A stretch of DNA of 64,000 nucleotides from the NCBI RefSeq assembly GCF_031769215.1, contig NW_026782320.1, positions 62,001-126,000 on the forward strand. The letters run 5' to 3'. This document shows, one piece after another, positions 61,470-64,000 of this stretch (the stretch's first letter is position 1; each line of letters opens with the position of its first letter). The position numbers and the translations under genes were made by a program. The notes under the pieces were generated by a model, which saw nothing but the letters and a program-made list of their open reading frames with translations, searched no databases and was not told where the DNA came from. The DNA comes from Ylistrum balloti (taxonomy: Eukaryota).

Positions 61470-63995
61470 CTATACGGAAAGTTTTCCCTTTTTGAAGCCC
61501 TTCCGGGCGGTGCGAATTCTGTCAGATAATTGTTTTTTGTTGTAGGAATTAACTAGGTGCGTCTCCAACACTTTATCCAGCACTTTTTTTGCAGTAATGC
61601 TCTCGTCCGATTTTATTAGGTCCACACAGAGACTTATAAGTAGCTTACTGTCACTTTTCGTAAAGCTTCTCCTCGCCCCAACAGGGGTTCCTACTGTTTT
61701 GTTTTCCTCTTCGCTTTCGTTGTTGTCTTCTTCAGGTATGTTGTTACTCTCGTTGTCCTCGTTAGCGTTTTGTGTATTGTCCTCATTTTCAATTTCCCCA
61801 TCAGGAGAGCTAGGGTCAGCAGTCGTTTGATTTGTAAATGATTTTGAAATCATCGTGGAAACGACGCTTGCTTCTTTCTGGCGGTCGTGAAGCAAATAGT
61901 TAGCGTCGGCAGTCACCTTTCTGTGCGTCATCTGGGAGGCGAGGACATCCGCTGATTGTGGGTATTTGTCCCTGACTTCAGTCACAGCAAGTTTCCTTAT
62001 CCTCGTAGGAGTGATATTGTTCTCTTCACCAAGAGCGTAATTCCATAATTGGTTAATGCACCTTGACACCCTTTTTGAAGTAAGTGACGTCGGAGCCTCA
62101 TCATCTTGGCTTGGCCAGGATAAAAAGACCTCTGCGTCGTCAGCCAACTGATCCAAAGTGATGTTAGGGACCAAAACCCTCAATTTCACAAAATTTTGCA
62201 AATATTTGAACAGCTCGTCATACAGAAATAGAACTGCAACTGTTCTATTCCCCGTTTTGTGGTGAGCGATGTTGAGAATATGTCCTCCATCAGTTTTTTG
62301 AGCTTTCCGCACCGATTTCACTGTTATACCACAGATAGCGCCTGACCGTTGTGCGTTATTGAGCAGTATCTCCAATATGAGATAATTTCTGAGGCAGTTG
62401 TAAACACCTTTCTCCAACACATAGCAGTTAAGTTCACCTTCTAAATCCTCAAACATTTCCTTTATTGTAGTAACTACCTCTGAATTGTGGAAGGAATCGA
62501 TGTCTTCAACGGTGAGGGCATCCTCAAAGTCGCTCTACAGCTCTTGTTTTACAAAGTTTGGCCATTGAAGCGCTCCATCGGTCAATGCATAACTTCACAC
62601 GGTAAGCATTTCCTTCCGAAATCTTTATCGTTTCCAGATAGCAAAGAAATTGCTTAAATGCTCCAAGATAACTTTTCACTGTCACTGGCTGTTTTTCAGT
62701 TCTAAACTTTTCAAGCCAACCATTGAGTAATAAGTCACTGTCAAGCATATCCTCCACTGTGACTGCTTTGATATAATCGGCTATGGTTTGAATTTGTGAG
62801 ACATTTTGGGATGCTGTTTCAGGGTTCTTTAGCCGTTCTGCTGACTGAAGAAATTGCCTATATTTCGCCAACAATGGAGCGAGCTCTGTTCCGCTAGTCG
62901 AGGCCTTTTCTGTTATTGGAGGATCCCGGGCCTCTTTGATAAGTTTGCGAATTAATGAGTTTTCCAACCCATGGACGGTTTTCAAATGTTTGGCTAAACG
63001 GACAACACGCGCTGGGCAGCCGTCCCTTGGACAATTGTAGTAGCAAGACTCCTTTCGTTTGAGCTCTGTTGTCCTTTCTCTATTTATGGCTGCGGCCCGC
63101 AAAGTTTCAAAATGGTTATTTTTATCATCCGCATTCCTCTGATGCCTTGCCATGTCAACTACAGAAATGCCGCAAGTGTCGCAAAGCTTTCGCTTCCTCC
63201 GATTGACAGATGTCTGTTTTCTTGACACGGTCCTTTTTATGTGGATTTCTGATGTGCGTTCCTTTGTATATACACGTTTATATTTTGAGTCTGTTTTGAT
63301 TGGTATTTTAGTATGTCTGTACGTAGCCTCATAGGTTTGTCCCCCATTTTCGTCGTCATCAGATTCCTCACTGGCCTCAGGCTTATAGTCTTGGTCTCTG
63401 TCGTCGTCATAATCAGATTCCTCATTGTCATAATTGTGATCTTGTGGTAGATTACTGTTTTCACTTATCCCTTTACTGGCATGTTGTATGTCCCCCATCT
63501 CATCACTGTAATCTTGAGGTAATTTATTGTCCTGATTTCCTATGCTGATTTCTGTGTTATTGTTGTTTTCACTTATCCCTATACTTGCTTGTTGTTGTAT
63601 GTCCCCCATCTCATCACTGTAATCTTGTGGTAATTTACTGTCCTGATTTCCTATGCTGATTTCTGTGTTATTGTTGTTTTCACTTATCCCTATACTTGCT
63701 TGTTGTTGTATGTCCCCCATCTCATCACTGTGATCTTGTGGTAATTTACTGTCCTGATTTCCTATGCTGATTTCTGTGTTATTGTTGTTTTCACTTATCC
63801 CTATACTTGCTTGTTGTTGTATGTCCCCCATCTCATCACTGTGATCTTGTGGTAATTTACTGTCCTGATTTCCTATGCTGATTTCTGTGTTATTGTTGTT
63901 TTCACTTATCCCTTTACTGTCTTGCTGTTGTATGTCCCCCATCTCATCACTGTGATCTTGTGGTAATTTACTGTCCTGATTTTCTGTGCTGACTC
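61470..63995 (-). CDS. Zinc-finger tyrosine recombinase YR2 in two frames joined by a +1 shift at 62524-62529; probably has an upstream exon outside the window
   Basis: C2H2-like CDTC..MARHQ and CPRDGC..LAKHLKTVH; core-binding region (TVKSYLGAFKQF); catalytic NNAQRSGAI (R), HHKT (K), TRIRK, MTH...ANY (Y); in-frame TAG at the window edge reads as acceptor CTTAG. Confidence 0.8.
63430..63995 (-). repeat. Coding tandem repeat, 111 bp / 37 aa, about 5 copies
   Basis: TCCCCCATCTCATCACTG anchors at 63491, 63602, 63713, 63824, 63935. Confidence 0.95.
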
Positions 63996-64000
63996 CTAAG

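Overview
AT-rich eukaryotic DNA with spliceosomal introns; the repeat repertoire suggests a lophotrochozoan, probably a mollusc (inference). I found no ordinary host gene, rRNA, tRNA or CRISPR array. The window is a dense, partly nested cluster of transposable elements. Left to right: a complete ISL2EU/IS4EU-type transposon (199-5661; THAP-DDE transposase plus convergent SWIM-YqaJ nuclease gene); LINE and BEL/Pao fragments; a trihelix plus F-box/LRR gene pair; a Kolobok-like THAP transposase with a convergent P2X7-ballast-like gene; an intron-rich tyrosine recombinase (YR) pseudogene; a Harbinger remnant; a very young pol-less Gypsy-type LTR element carrying an SGNH hydrolase in the env position (34055-41592); a second ISL2EU element (42212-48255), which like the LTR element is inserted in an older Gypsy gag; SINE, HINE-like, piggyBac, hAT (5-bp TSD) and Tc1 pieces; and a second, zinc-finger YR gene. 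The most striking unexplained structure is two arrays (58092-60190) of a 36-bp near-perfect palindrome separated by five short cassettes that recur in shuffled order and orientation, just downstream of the second YR gene. All family assignments come from motif recognition by eye, not database searches.
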